Part shown: positions 48,504-57,320 of the stretch, in pieces
Numbering within the stretch: the first letter of the stretch is position 1
How the letters are laid out: each line of letters starts with the position of its first letter
NCBI GenBank assembly: GCA_963790205.1
Contig: CAWBNQ010000001.1
Coordinates: 384,001-448,000, forward strand
From: Nitrospirota bacterium
GTDB lineage: Bacteria > Nitrospirota > UBA9217
Direction of reading: 5' to 3'
DNA length: 64,000 nt
Position numbers and translations under genes: made by a program
The notes under the pieces: generated by a model
Seen by the model: the letters and a program-made list of their open reading frames with translations, nothing else
Told to the model about the DNA's origin: nothing
Database searches by the model: none

Positions 48504-49205
48504 ATGATCGTAGGAACACAAAAACCAATCGAAGAAATATGGAACATGGTGAAGGACTTCAAGAAGGTCCTCGTGTTCGGGTGCAACACCTGCGTTGCCA
48601 TCTGCCATGCGGGCGGAGAAAAAGAGGCCGAGACCATTGCGTCCCTCATCAAGATGAAGGCGGCGCAGGAGGGCAAGACCATGATCGTGAACCACCTGGG
48701 GGTCATGCGCCACTGCGAGCCAGAATACTTCGAGCCCGTTATGGACGAGGTGAAGAAGTACGATCTCGTGCTTTCGACAGCCTGCGGCGTGGGCGTGAAC
48801 TTCCTGTCCGACCGGACCGGGACGATCCCCGTGTATCCGGGGATCAATACCTCATTTTACGGCGCTGTCGAAGCGCCCGGCGTGTTCAAGGAGCTTTGCG
48901 CGGGCTGCGGAGACTGCATTCTGCATTTGACCGGGGGAATCTGTCCCGTTGCGCGCTGCGCCAAGACGCTCATGAACGGGCCCTGCGGCGGCACGAACAA
49001 GGGCAAATGCGAGGTAAGCAACGAGATCGACTGCGCCTGGTACCTGATCGTAGAGCGCATGAAGAAGCTCGGCACCCTGGAAAAGCTCTCCGAGATCCAG
49101 CCGCCCAGGAACTGGTCAACGTCCCGCGACGGCGGGCCGAGGCGCATATCTCTGGAGCATATCCGGGAGTATGAGGAGAAGGAAGAGGCAAAGGCCGGGA
49201 AGTAA
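48504..49205 (+). CDS. metV: Methylene-THF reductase small subunit MetV
   Basis: GCNTCVAIC, STACGVG, CAGCGDC, GGICPVARCAKTLMNGPCGG, CEV...CAW. Confidence 0.92.
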   Translation: MIVGTQKPIEEIWNMVKDFKKVLVFGCNTCVAICHAGGEKEAETIASLIKMKAAQEGKTMIVNHLGVMRHCEPEYFEPVMDEVKKYDLVLSTACGVGVNFLSDRTGTIPVYPGINTSFYGAVEAPGVFKELCAGCGDCILHLTGGICPVARCAKTLMNGPCGGTNKGKCEVSNEIDCAWYLIVERMKKLGTLEKLSEIQPPRNWSTSRDGGPRRISLEHIREYEEKEEAKAGK

Positions 49206-49214
49206 GTCTAAGAT

Positions 49215-49270
49215 CCGTTCAACCCGTTTAGCCCGTTTGAACTGTTTAAACAGTTGGAACTGTTTGAACC
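49215..49270. repeat. Nonamer tandem array (CYGTTTRAA)x6
   Basis: CCGTTCAAC CCGTTTAGC CCGTTTGAA CTGTTTAAA CAGTTGGAA CTGTTTGAA. Confidence 0.85.
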
Positions 49271-49296
49271 AGAAGATTAAAACCTGGAGGCTTAGG

Positions 49297-50268
49297 ATGA
49301 AGAGTGGAAGCACGCTGGAAAAAGTACTCGCGAGCGGCAAGCCCGCGGTCACGGCAGAGCTCGGCCCCCCCATGAGCGCCGATCCCCATGAGGTCATCAA
49401 GAAAGCGCAGCAGCTCAAGGGCTTCTGCGACGCGGCGAACATCACTGATTGTCAGACCGCGGTCGTCCGGATCTCGAGCATTGCCGCCGCGGCCATCGCG
49501 TTTCAGCAAGGGCTGGAGCCGGTCATGCAGATGACCTGCCGCGACCGGAACCGCATTGCCATGCAGGCCGACCTTCTCGGTGCCGCCGCGCTCGGGCTCA
49601 AGAACTGCCTCTGCCTTGCGGGCGACCACCAGAAATTCAGCGCCGCGGGAAGGCTCAAGGGCCACCCCGGCGCAAAGAACGTATACGACGTGGATACCTG
49701 CCAACTCGTCGGTATTCTCAAGAAGATGCGCGACGAGAGCAAGCAGGACGGCGGCGACCCGATCGAAGTGCCGCCCAAGTTCTTTATCGGCGCTTCCTGG
49801 ACGCCCATGGCCGACCCCATCGATTTCAGGCCGATCAATCTCATGAAGAAAGTGAATGCCGGGGCCGACTTTATCCAGACCCAGGGCATCTACGATATGG
49901 AAGGTTTCCGCGCGCAGATGGCAAAGATCCGGAACATGGGTCTTCACGAGAGGACCGCGATCCTTGCCGGTATTATCGTCCCGAAAAGCGCCATGATGCT
50001 GAAGTATATGGATTCCTCTGTTGCCGGCGTGTCGGTGCCGAAGGCCCTCATAGACCGGATGAACAAGGCCAAAGCGGCCGCAGGTGAGGACAAGAAAAAA
50101 GCCAGGGAGCTCCAGGAGCAGGAAGGCATCAAGATCACGATCGAGCTTATCCACCAGGCTTTGGAGACCCCCGGCGTAAGGGGCGTGCACATCCAGGCCA
50201 TCGAGTGGGAGAGCGCCATCGAAGGGATCGTGAAGGCTGCGGGGCTGTATCCGAGGCCCTCTTTTTGA
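49297..50268 (+). CDS. metF: Methylene-THF reductase MetF
   Basis: TAELGPP, ANITD, QMTCRDRNR, LAGDH, GADFIQTQ; GGAGG RBS before ATG 49297. Confidence 0.93.
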   Translation: MKSGSTLEKVLASGKPAVTAELGPPMSADPHEVIKKAQQLKGFCDAANITDCQTAVVRISSIAAAAIAFQQGLEPVMQMTCRDRNRIAMQADLLGAAALGLKNCLCLAGDHQKFSAAGRLKGHPGAKNVYDVDTCQLVGILKKMRDESKQDGGDPIEVPPKFFIGASWTPMADPIDFRPINLMKKVNAGADFIQTQGIYDMEGFRAQMAKIRNMGLHERTAILAGIIVPKSAMMLKYMDSSVAGVSVPKALIDRMNKAKAAAGEDKKKARELQEQEGIKITIELIHQALETPGVRGVHIQAIEWESAIEGIVKAAGLYPRPSF

Positions 50269-50318
50269 TTGCGGATTGTAGATTGCGGATTGCGGAATGA
50301 AAAGAATAAATCTGAAAT
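50267..50318. repeat. Heptamer array (GATTGCG)n starting in the metF stop
   Basis: GATTGCG GATTGTA GATTGCG GATTGCG GAATGAA; remnant AAATCTGAAAT right arm. Confidence 0.8.
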
Positions 50319-50324
50319 AAAACT

Positions 50325-51125
50325 ATGCCGAAAATAACAGTTCTAGACATATATAAGAAGAAGGCCGAAGGCAAGAAGATCACCATGCTCACGGCTTACG
50401 ATTATCCCACTGCCCAGATCGTGGACCAGGCCGGCATTGATATGATACTCGTAGGCGATTCTCTCGGCATGGTGGTACAGGGAGTGACAAGCACTCTTCC
50501 GGTCACGATGGACGAGATGATCTATCACACAAGAATGGCCTCGCGCGCAGCACAATCCTCCATGGTTGTGGGCGACATGCCCTTTCTGTCGTACCAGACA
50601 AGCGCCTCCGACGCTGTTCGAAATGCCGGCCGCTTCCTGAAGGAAGCGGGTGCTGAAGCGGTGAAGCTCGAAGGCGGAAGCCAGATGGCCGACGCCATCA
50701 GGGCGATTGTGAATGCCGGGATCCCTGTTGTGGCCCATATCGGACTGACCCCGCAGTATGTCCACATGCTCGGCGGTTTTAAAGTACAGGGCAAGGATGA
50801 CGCTGCACGGGAAAAGATACTTGCCGACGCAAGGGCGGTCCAGGATGCAGGCGCGTTTTCCGTGGTACTGGAAGCAATGCCGTCCTCCCTTGCAAAAGAG
50901 ATCCATGGAATGCTCCATATCCCGACCATAGGGATCGGTGCCGGCCCTGATTGTGACGGCCAAGTCCTCGTAATTCATGACATATTAGGTCTTTTTGACC
51001 GGTTTACTCCCAAGTTCGTAAAGAAATACGCCAACCTCAAAGACCAGGCGCTGAAGGCGGTAAAAGAGTATAAGCAGGATGTAGAAGGCGGCAAATTCCC
51101 GTCCGAAGAGCACAGCTTCAAATAA
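50325..51125 (+). CDS. panB: 3-methyl-2-oxobutanoate hydroxymethyltransferase
   Basis: [47 protein letters not shown]. Confidence 0.97.
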   Translation: MPKITVLDIYKKKAEGKKITMLTAYDYPTAQIVDQAGIDMILVGDSLGMVVQGVTSTLPVTMDEMIYHTRMASRAAQSSMVVGDMPFLSYQTSASDAVRNAGRFLKEAGAEAVKLEGGSQMADAIRAIVNAGIPVVAHIGLTPQYVHMLGGFKVQGKDDAAREKILADARAVQDAGAFSVVLEAMPSSLAKEIHGMLHIPTIGIGAGPDCDGQVLVIHDILGLFDRFTPKFVKKYANLKDQALKAVKEYKQDVEGGKFPSEEHSFK

Positions 51126-51155
51126 TAAGACCGACAACAAGAGTGGATTTTCGTA

Positions 51156-51178
51156 ACAAAGGGGCAGCTACCTTTTGT
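51156..51178 (+). terminator. Possible hairpin/terminator after panB
   Basis: ACAAAGG...CCTTTTGT imperfect stem. Confidence 0.35.
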
Positions 51179-51249
51179 AGCGCACGCATTTTTATCAATG
51201 AAATTTATAACTTAATTAAAAAATATTGTCGGCATCTTCTCAATTATTC

Positions 51250-51279
51250 TTGACTCATGAGATAGGTGTTGGATATAAT
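51250..51279 (+). promoter_or_regulatory. Putative sigma70 promoter for thyX-cooC-panG-acsE
   Basis: TTGACT-18 nt-TATAAT. Confidence 0.55.
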
Positions 51280-51359
51280 ATCCTTCCCTTGTCATCCGTA
51301 TTTTTCCCCTTTTCTCGCTGTAAGGGTGTCGAGGGTCGCTCTGGAGAGGAGGGGACAAC

Positions 51360-52091
51360 ATGCCTGAAACAGCATTAAACGTGGTTCTCCTCCGGCATAC
51401 GCCGGAACCTGAGGAAGTTGTGGCAATGGCGGCAAAGCTTTGCTACAGCCCGTCTGGCGTTGAGGAGCTGAAGGGGAAGATCGAGGCCAAGGACCAGGCT
51501 GCCTTTGTGGAGAAGCTGGCGGCCATCGGACACCTGTCCCCGATCGAGCATGTTTCGTTCTCCTTTGGCATTGAGGGCATCTCCCGGGCCTGCTCTCATC
51601 AGCTTGTCCGCCATCGCGTGGCGTCTTATTCTCAGCAAAGCCAGCGCTATGTGAAGGCAGAGCAGTTCGACTATGTGATCCCTCCGAGCATCAAGCAGGA
51701 CCCGGCCCTGGTCCGTGAGTTTGAGAAGTTCATGGCCGAGGCCCAGGAGAATTACACCAAAGTCCTGAAGCGGCTCGAAGAGCTCGGGTATAAGGGCGAA
51801 GCCGGACAGCAGGACGCTCGCTATTTGCTGCCGAACGCGGCGGAGACGAAGATAGTAGTCACCATGAACGCCCGTGAGCTCCTGCACTTCTTCCGCGTGC
51901 GGTGCTGCAACCGGGCGCAGTGGGAGATCCGGGAAATGGCCGAGCGCATGCTCGCGCTCGTGAAAAAAGCGGCGCCGACGATCTTCGCCAAGTCCGGTCC
52001 CGGCTGTCTCTATGCAGCCTGTCCCGAGGGAAAGATGACCTGCGGCAAGATCGAAGAGGTCAGGAAGAAGTTCGGGGTGATGAAAGCATAG
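51360..52091 (+). CDS. thyX: Flavin-dependent thymidylate synthase
   Basis: GHLSPIEH, SHQLVRHRVASYSQQSQRY, ARYLLP, RAQWEIR. Confidence 0.96.
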   Translation: MPETALNVVLLRHTPEPEEVVAMAAKLCYSPSGVEELKGKIEAKDQAAFVEKLAAIGHLSPIEHVSFSFGIEGISRACSHQLVRHRVASYSQQSQRYVKAEQFDYVIPPSIKQDPALVREFEKFMAEAQENYTKVLKRLEELGYKGEAGQQDARYLLPNAAETKIVVTMNARELLHFFRVRCCNRAQWEIREMAERMLALVKKAAPTIFAKSGPGCLYAACPEGKMTCGKIEEVRKKFGVMKA

Positions 52092-52156
52092 GGTTCAGCG
52101 ATCAGGGCTCAGGGTTCAGGAAATGCTCAACCCTGGACCCTATCCCCCGAACCCTG
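52090..52156. repeat. Inverted heptamer array (AGGGTTC)n ... (CCCTGGA/CCCCGAA)n
   Basis: AGGGTTC AGCGATC AGGGCTC AGGGTTC AGG ... CCCTGGA CCCTATC CCCCGAA CCCTG; starts in the thyX stop. Confidence 0.85.
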
Positions 52157-52169
52157 TAGTTGAGGTACC

Positions 52170-52940
52170 ATGGGTTTTACAATAGCAGTTGCAGGTAAGG
52201 GCGGCACGGGCAAGACCAGCCTGGCCGGTCTTACCATTCGATATTTGACAGAGAAAAGGCGCGGCGCGGTGCTTGCCGTTGACGCCGACGCCAATGCGAA
52301 CCTGAATGACGTGCTCGGGGTGAAGGTCCACGCAACCGTAGGCAAGCTGCGGGAGACTTCCCTCGAAGCCGTCAAGTCCACGGCCCCGCGGCCGGGCGGC
52401 ATGAGCATGGAGCAGCTCTTCGACTATCAGATCCAGCAGGCATTGGTCGAAGCAAAAGGCTTCGACCTTCTGGTGATGGGCAGGCCCGAGGGTTCGGGTT
52501 GTTACTGCGCGGCGAACAACATCATCCGCAAGTACATGGACAAGCTGGCCGACTCCTATCCCTTTACGGTCATGGACAACGAAGCCGGCCTCGAGCACCT
52601 GTCGCGACGCACAACCCAGGACACGGACCTGCTCCTTATCATCAGCGACTCCTCGGTGCGCGGCGTAATGACCGCCGGCCGTATCGGCGAGCTGGTAAAA
52701 GAACTGGACCTGAACGTCAAACGTTCGGTCCTGATCGTGAACCGCGTGCAGGACGGGACGAGTGACGACCGGTCGCTCCAGAAGGCAATCGAGCAGCAGG
52801 GCGTGGAATTCGCGGGCTTTGTTCCGGCGGACGAGCTGATCTTTGAATACGATTTGAACGGCAGGCCCCTTATCCAGCTTCCCGCTGATTCCAAAGCGTT
52901 GACGAGCTTCTATACCGTACTGGACAATTTGATCCCCTAG
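52170..52940 (+). CDS. cooC: CooC2/AcsF-type nickel-insertion ATPase
   Basis: GKGGTGKT, MGRPEGSGCYCAAN, DNEAGLEHLSRRTT. Confidence 0.92.
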   Translation: MGFTIAVAGKGGTGKTSLAGLTIRYLTEKRRGAVLAVDADANANLNDVLGVKVHATVGKLRETSLEAVKSTAPRPGGMSMEQLFDYQIQQALVEAKGFDLLVMGRPEGSGCYCAANNIIRKYMDKLADSYPFTVMDNEAGLEHLSRRTTQDTDLLLIISDSSVRGVMTAGRIGELVKELDLNVKRSVLIVNRVQDGTSDDRSLQKAIEQQGVEFAGFVPADELIFEYDLNGRPLIQLPADSKALTSFYTVLDNLIP

Positions 52941-52943
52941 ACT

Positions 52944-53852
52944 ATGCCCCCTAAAACGGTCGCCATCATAGGCGCAGGTCGTGTCGGCAGTTCAGTGGGG
53001 TTCCTGCTCAAGCGGGCAGGATATGCCGTCACCGCAGTAGCGGCACGAACCGCGGCGGCAGCAGAAAAGGCCTCGGCTTTTATCGGCGGGGGAGACCCTC
53101 TTGTCGATGTTATAAAGGCAGCGTCCAAAGCAGAGATCGTTTTTATCACTACGCCGGACAGGGACATTAGAGAAGTCTGCGACACGATATCAACCAACGG
53201 TGGGTTGAAGCGCGGGTCACTCGCGGTACACATGTCCGGCGCTCACTCGCTCGATCTCCTGAATGCGGCACGAAAAGCAGGTTCCTATCGGGCGGTGATT
53301 CATCCGCTCCAGTCGCTGGCGAGCAAAGAGCAGGGTATCAAGAACCTCCCGGGCTCGTACTTCCGTATCGAAGCAGACCCCGAGGCGCTGAAGACGGCGA
53401 AAGATATCGTGAAGGCGCTGGACGGCATCGAGCTGGTAATGCCGAAGTGGAGTTCAGATAAGGAGTCAGCCGCCCTCTATCACGCAGGTGCGGTCGCGGT
53501 ATCGAACTACTTCGTGGCCCTTGTTGACTACGGCTTAAAGTTTTATCAGGCGTTGGGCGCCGACAAAAAGGAGGCGTTCAACGCAGTGCTTCCGCTTATC
53601 CGGGGGACGCTTGACAATATCGAGACGCTCGGCATCCCCGACGCGCTCACCGGTCCGATCATGCGGGGCGATGTGCAGACCGTGCGCGACCACCTCGATG
53701 CCATGCAGAAGCGGACGCCGGAGCTGACGGGCCTTTATAAGGAACTGGCGCGTCAGACAGTGTCCGTGGCCAGGGACAAAGGAAGCATCACCCGGGAGAA
53801 GGCGGAGGAACTTTTGAAGCTGGTGAAAAACGAGAAAAGCCGTGAGGAGTAA
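52944..53852 (+). CDS. Rossmann-like + DUF2520 protein (PanG-type ketopantoate reductase candidate)
   Basis: IGAGRVG, HMSGA, HPLQS, YHAGAVAVSN, LTGPIMRGD. Confidence 0.85.
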   Translation: MPPKTVAIIGAGRVGSSVGFLLKRAGYAVTAVAARTAAAAEKASAFIGGGDPLVDVIKAASKAEIVFITTPDRDIREVCDTISTNGGLKRGSLAVHMSGAHSLDLLNAARKAGSYRAVIHPLQSLASKEQGIKNLPGSYFRIEADPEALKTAKDIVKALDGIELVMPKWSSDKESAALYHAGAVAVSNYFVALVDYGLKFYQALGADKKEAFNAVLPLIRGTLDNIETLGIPDALTGPIMRGDVQTVRDHLDAMQKRTPELTGLYKELARQTVSVARDKGSITREKAEELLKLVKNEKSREE

Positions 53853-53903
53853 GGAGTAAGGAGATTAAATCTTAAACCCTCTTCTTACACCTGATGCCTC
53901 ACG
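53841..53903. repeat. Inverted heptamer array (GTRAGGA)n ... (CTTACAC/CCTCACG)
   Basis: CGTGAGGA GTAAGGA GTAAGGA ... CTTACAC CTGATGC CTCACG; encodes the last residues REE* of the upstream gene. Confidence 0.8.
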
Positions 53904-53944
53904 AGAAGTTATAGATTCAGATTCGAAAGGAGAAGTTTCAGAAC

Positions 53945-54733
53945 ATGATAATTATCGGAGAAAAGATAAGCGTTATCGCGAAGAAAGTGCGCGAGGCCCT
54001 CACGAAGTTCGATCCCAAACCGCTCCAGGAACTGGCCGTGGCGCAGGCCAAAGCCGGCGCGAATTTTATCGACATTTCCATCGGCCCGGCCGAGGAGAAC
54101 GGCCCCAAGCTCATGGATTGGGCGGTGAAAGTCCTGCAGGAAGCGGTGGAAAAGCCGCTCTGCCTCGACACCACGAACATCAAGGCCATGGAGGCGGGTC
54201 TCAAGGCGCACAACAACGCGTGGGGAGTGCCGATCATCAATTCCACGTCCAACGAGCCGGAACGCTTCCCGATGATGGAGCTCGCGGGCAAGTACAATGC
54301 CAAGATCATCGCGCTTACCCTGGGCAAGGGCAGCATCCCCGCGGACGCCGAGGACCGCTGCGGCATTGCGGCCGAGATCATGGCCCGCGCCATGGAGAAC
54401 GGCGTGCCTATGGAGAACCTTTTCCTCGACCCCCTCATCCTCCAGCTGTGCACCATGCAGGACCAGGGGCTCCAGGCGATCAGGGCCGTCAAGATGTTCC
54501 AGCAACTGAACGATCCGCCCATGCAGACGGTAGTCGGGCTTTCCAATATTTCGAATGGCGCGCCTAAGCACGTTCGGCCCATTATCAACCGAAATTTCCT
54601 TACGATGCTCATCTACGAGGGGCTTTCGGCCGCGATCATCGACCCGCTCGATAAGGACATGATGGACACGGTCAAGACCACGGAGATGATTATGGGTAAA
54701 AGCATGTATGCCCATTCGTACCTGGACATGTAG
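53945..54733 (+). CDS. acsE: Methyl-THF:corrinoid/iron-sulfur protein methyltransferase
   Basis: MIIIGEKI, LCLDTTN, IINS, FLDP, VGLSNISNG. Confidence 0.92.
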   Translation: MIIIGEKISVIAKKVREALTKFDPKPLQELAVAQAKAGANFIDISIGPAEENGPKLMDWAVKVLQEAVEKPLCLDTTNIKAMEAGLKAHNNAWGVPIINSTSNEPERFPMMELAGKYNAKIIALTLGKGSIPADAEDRCGIAAEIMARAMENGVPMENLFLDPLILQLCTMQDQGLQAIRAVKMFQQLNDPPMQTVVGLSNISNGAPKHVRPIINRNFLTMLIYEGLSAAIIDPLDKDMMDTVKTTEMIMGKSMYAHSYLDM

Positions 54734-54778
54734 GCTACCGTCGGCCGGCGCCGGAGACTGAACCGGTAAACGAACCCT

Positions 54779-54807
54779 TTGACATTCCGGCAGCATCACT
54801 TTATAAT
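54779..54807 (+). promoter_or_regulatory. Consensus sigma70 promoter upstream of acsD
   Basis: Perfect TTGACA-17 nt-TATAAT. Confidence 0.8.
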
Positions 54808-54850
54808 ACACGGGCATTTTTCGTTTTTTACAAATAATCAGGAGGCTTTC

Positions 54851-55789
54851 ATGGCACTGGTAATACCAAAAGAAACCTACAGCGGAAAGATCTATAACGT
54901 TCAGCTCGGAGGCGGAGCAAAGGCCGTTACGATCGGGGGTGCGAACGCGCTTCCCTTCCTGGGATTCGAGGGTACGTTCCCGAACAGGACGGCCGTGGCG
55001 CTTGAGATCATGGACATTGCGCCGGATGACTGGCCCGAGACCCTGAAGAAAGCGATTGGCGGAGCATCGGCAAGCCCCGTGCAGTGGGCGAAGTTCTGCC
55101 AGCAGAGCGGCGCGGACATGGTGGCGCTCAGGCTCATGGGCACCCACCCCGACCAGCAGAACAAGAGCCCCGAAGAGGCGGCAAAGGTAGCGGCGGATGT
55201 CGCCGCAGCGATCGATATTCCGCTCATCATTCTCGGCAGCGGACAGGCCGAGAAGGACACGCAGGTGCTCCAGGCCGCTGCTGCTGCCACGCGCGGGAAA
55301 AACTGCGCTATCGGCAAGGCCGTGGAAGAGAATTACAAGACCGTAGCGGCCGCGGTCATGGCGAACGACCACAAGCTGATCGCCATGAGCCAGCTCGACG
55401 TGAACCTGGCCAAGCAGCTGAACATCCTCCTCACCCAGATGGGTTTCGACAAGGAGCGCATCATCATGGACCCCATGTCCTCGGCCCTGGGATACGGTCT
55501 CGAATATACCTACAGCGTGATGGAACGCATCCGCCTGGCGGCGCTCTTGCAGAATGATCCCATGATGCAGACTCCGATCGTTTGCGACATCGGCTTAAAC
55601 GTCTGGAAGGTCAAAGAGACCATGGCGCCTGATGCCGAGATGCCGGAATGGGGCGGCCTCGAAGACCGCGCCCTGGCATGGGAGGCGGTCACCGCTTCGG
55701 CCATGATTACGGCCGGCGCTGACCTGCTGATCATGCGTCATCCCGGCGCAGCGGCAAAGGCAAAGGAAGTCATCGCCGAGCTGATGTAA
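54851..55789 (+). CDS. acsD: Corrinoid iron-sulfur protein small subunit
   Basis: GGAGG RBS, ATG 54851; LDVNLAKQLN, ALGYGLEYTYSVMERIRLAAL, GADLLIMRHP. Confidence 0.95.
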   Translation: MALVIPKETYSGKIYNVQLGGGAKAVTIGGANALPFLGFEGTFPNRTAVALEIMDIAPDDWPETLKKAIGGASASPVQWAKFCQQSGADMVALRLMGTHPDQQNKSPEEAAKVAADVAAAIDIPLIILGSGQAEKDTQVLQAAAAATRGKNCAIGKAVEENYKTVAAAVMANDHKLIAMSQLDVNLAKQLNILLTQMGFDKERIIMDPMSSALGYGLEYTYSVMERIRLAALLQNDPMMQTPIVCDIGLNVWKVKETMAPDAEMPEWGGLEDRALAWEAVTASAMITAGADLLIMRHPGAAAKAKEVIAELM

Positions 55790-55795
55790 AACATG

Positions 55796-55866
55796 GAAGT
55801 TAAGAAGGTGAGAAGATAGGAATAAAACCTTTTTTCATCTTCCCCGCTTCCCAAGTTCTCAACTTC
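55796..55866. repeat. Inverted octamer array (GAAGNTRR)n ... (YCANCTTC)n
   Basis: GAAGTTAA GAAGGTGA GAAGATAG ... TCATCTTC CCCGCTTC CCAAGTTC TCAACTTC. Confidence 0.85.
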
Positions 55867-55892
55867 AGGTTTATTGAAAGGAGCACAAAATA

Positions 55893-57233
55893 ATGGCACT
55901 CTCCGGAGTCGAAATATTCAAGCATCTGCCCAAGACAAATTGCAAAAAATGCGGACACCCGACCTGTCTTGCCTTTGCCATGAAACTTGCGGCCAAGCAG
56001 GCGAGCCTCGACGCCTGCCCGGACGCGTCCGAGGACGCGAAGAAGATACTGGGCGAGTCAGCCGCTCCGCCGATCCGGGACATAACTCTCGGTGTCGGAG
56101 ACAAGGCTGTGAAGGTCGGCGGCGAGATCTGCATGTTCCGGCATGAGAAGAAATTCTTTAACCCGAACGTGTTCGCCGTTGCGATCAAGGCCTCCGAGGC
56201 CGGTGACGCCGCTGCCAGGAAGATCGAGGCGGTAAAGACCTCCGAGATCGACCGCGTCGGCCAGAAACTCAGGGTCGATGCGATTGCCGTGACCGACGAG
56301 GGCGGCGACGCAGCAAAGTTCGCTTCCGTAGTAAAGCAGGTGGTGGACGGTGCGCCCGGCGTGCCGGTCATCCTGGTCAGCAAGAACCCCGCGACCATCG
56401 AAGCTGGGATAGCGCACTGCGCTGACAAGAAGCCGCTGATCTATGCCGCGACCACGGAAAATGCCGAAGCCATGGCAAAGATCGCCAAGGAAAAGAAGGC
56501 CTCCCTGGCCATCGCAGCCGACGGGCTGGATGCGCTCACCGCCCTTTCAGAAAAGGTAAAGGCCCTCGGCATAGACGACCTGATACTCGATTCCGGCGCG
56601 CGTAAAGCAAAGGACATGATCGAACATTTTACCATTATCCGGCGTGCGGCCATCAAAAAGAATTTCAAACCCCTGGGCTATCCGGTCATCACGTTCGCTA
56701 CCCGTGACAACACGGTTGCCGAGGCCATGACCGCTGCGGTTGCAACGATGAAGTATGCCTCGATCGTCATCCTGAACAATGTCGAGAAGTGGAAGATGCT
56801 CGCGCTCCTGTCGCTCAGGCAGAACATCTACACCGACCCGCAGGTCCCGATGCAGGTCGCGCAGAACATCTACAAGGTCGGCGACGCCAAGGACAACTCG
56901 CCGCTCATGATCACCACCAATTTCTCGCTCTCGTACTTCATCGTGCGCGGCGAGGTGGAGAACAGCAAGGTGCCGTCATGGCTCGCGGTCATGGACAACG
57001 AAGGGCTCTCGGTCCTGACGGCCTGGGCCGCGGGAAAATTCACGGCAAGCAAGATCGCGCAGTTCGTGACAGAGAGCGGCGTTGAGAAGAACATCAGCCA
57101 CAAGGAGCTCATCATTCCCGGCTACGTGGCCGTGCTCTCCGGCGCGCTTGAAGAAAAGCTGCCGGGCTGGAAGATCACCGTGGGACCGCGCGAAGCGAAC
57201 CAGCTTCCGACCTTTCTGAAGGCGAGAGCGTAA
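55893..57233 (+). CDS. acsC: Corrinoid iron-sulfur protein large subunit
   Basis: LPKTNCKKCGHPTCLAFA...CP, RQNIYTDPQVP, TTNFSLSY, GLSVLTAWAAGKF, VGPREA. Confidence 0.96.
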   Translation: MALSGVEIFKHLPKTNCKKCGHPTCLAFAMKLAAKQASLDACPDASEDAKKILGESAAPPIRDITLGVGDKAVKVGGEICMFRHEKKFFNPNVFAVAIKASEAGDAAARKIEAVKTSEIDRVGQKLRVDAIAVTDEGGDAAKFASVVKQVVDGAPGVPVILVSKNPATIEAGIAHCADKKPLIYAATTENAEAMAKIAKEKKASLAIAADGLDALTALSEKVKALGIDDLILDSGARKAKDMIEHFTIIRRAAIKKNFKPLGYPVITFATRDNTVAEAMTAAVATMKYASIVILNNVEKWKMLALLSLRQNIYTDPQVPMQVAQNIYKVGDAKDNSPLMITTNFSLSYFIVRGEVENSKVPSWLAVMDNEGLSVLTAWAAGKFTASKIAQFVTESGVEKNISHKELIIPGYVAVLSGALEEKLPGWKITVGPREANQLPTFLKARA

Positions 57234-57240
57234 AAATAGA

Positions 57241-57300
57241 TTCACCACAGAGAGCACCGAGAAAAACTTTTTAGACTACCTCTGTAACCTCTGTGGCTAA
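57241..57300. repeat. Inverted nonamer array (CCACAGAG.../...CTCTGTGG)
   Basis: TTCACCACAGAG AGCACCGAG ... CCTCTGTAA CCTCTGTGG CTAA; same family as 45591-45674. Confidence 0.85.
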
Positions 57301-57320
57301 AAAGCATTTTAAAGGAGTCA

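Noticed and set aside
49171..49296. N-terminal extensions of MetF (and likewise MCP2 23095, CheY 33247, AcsD 54779) given in the ORF track
   Set aside because: The extensions translate repeat or promoter DNA; RBS-backed starts lie downstream.
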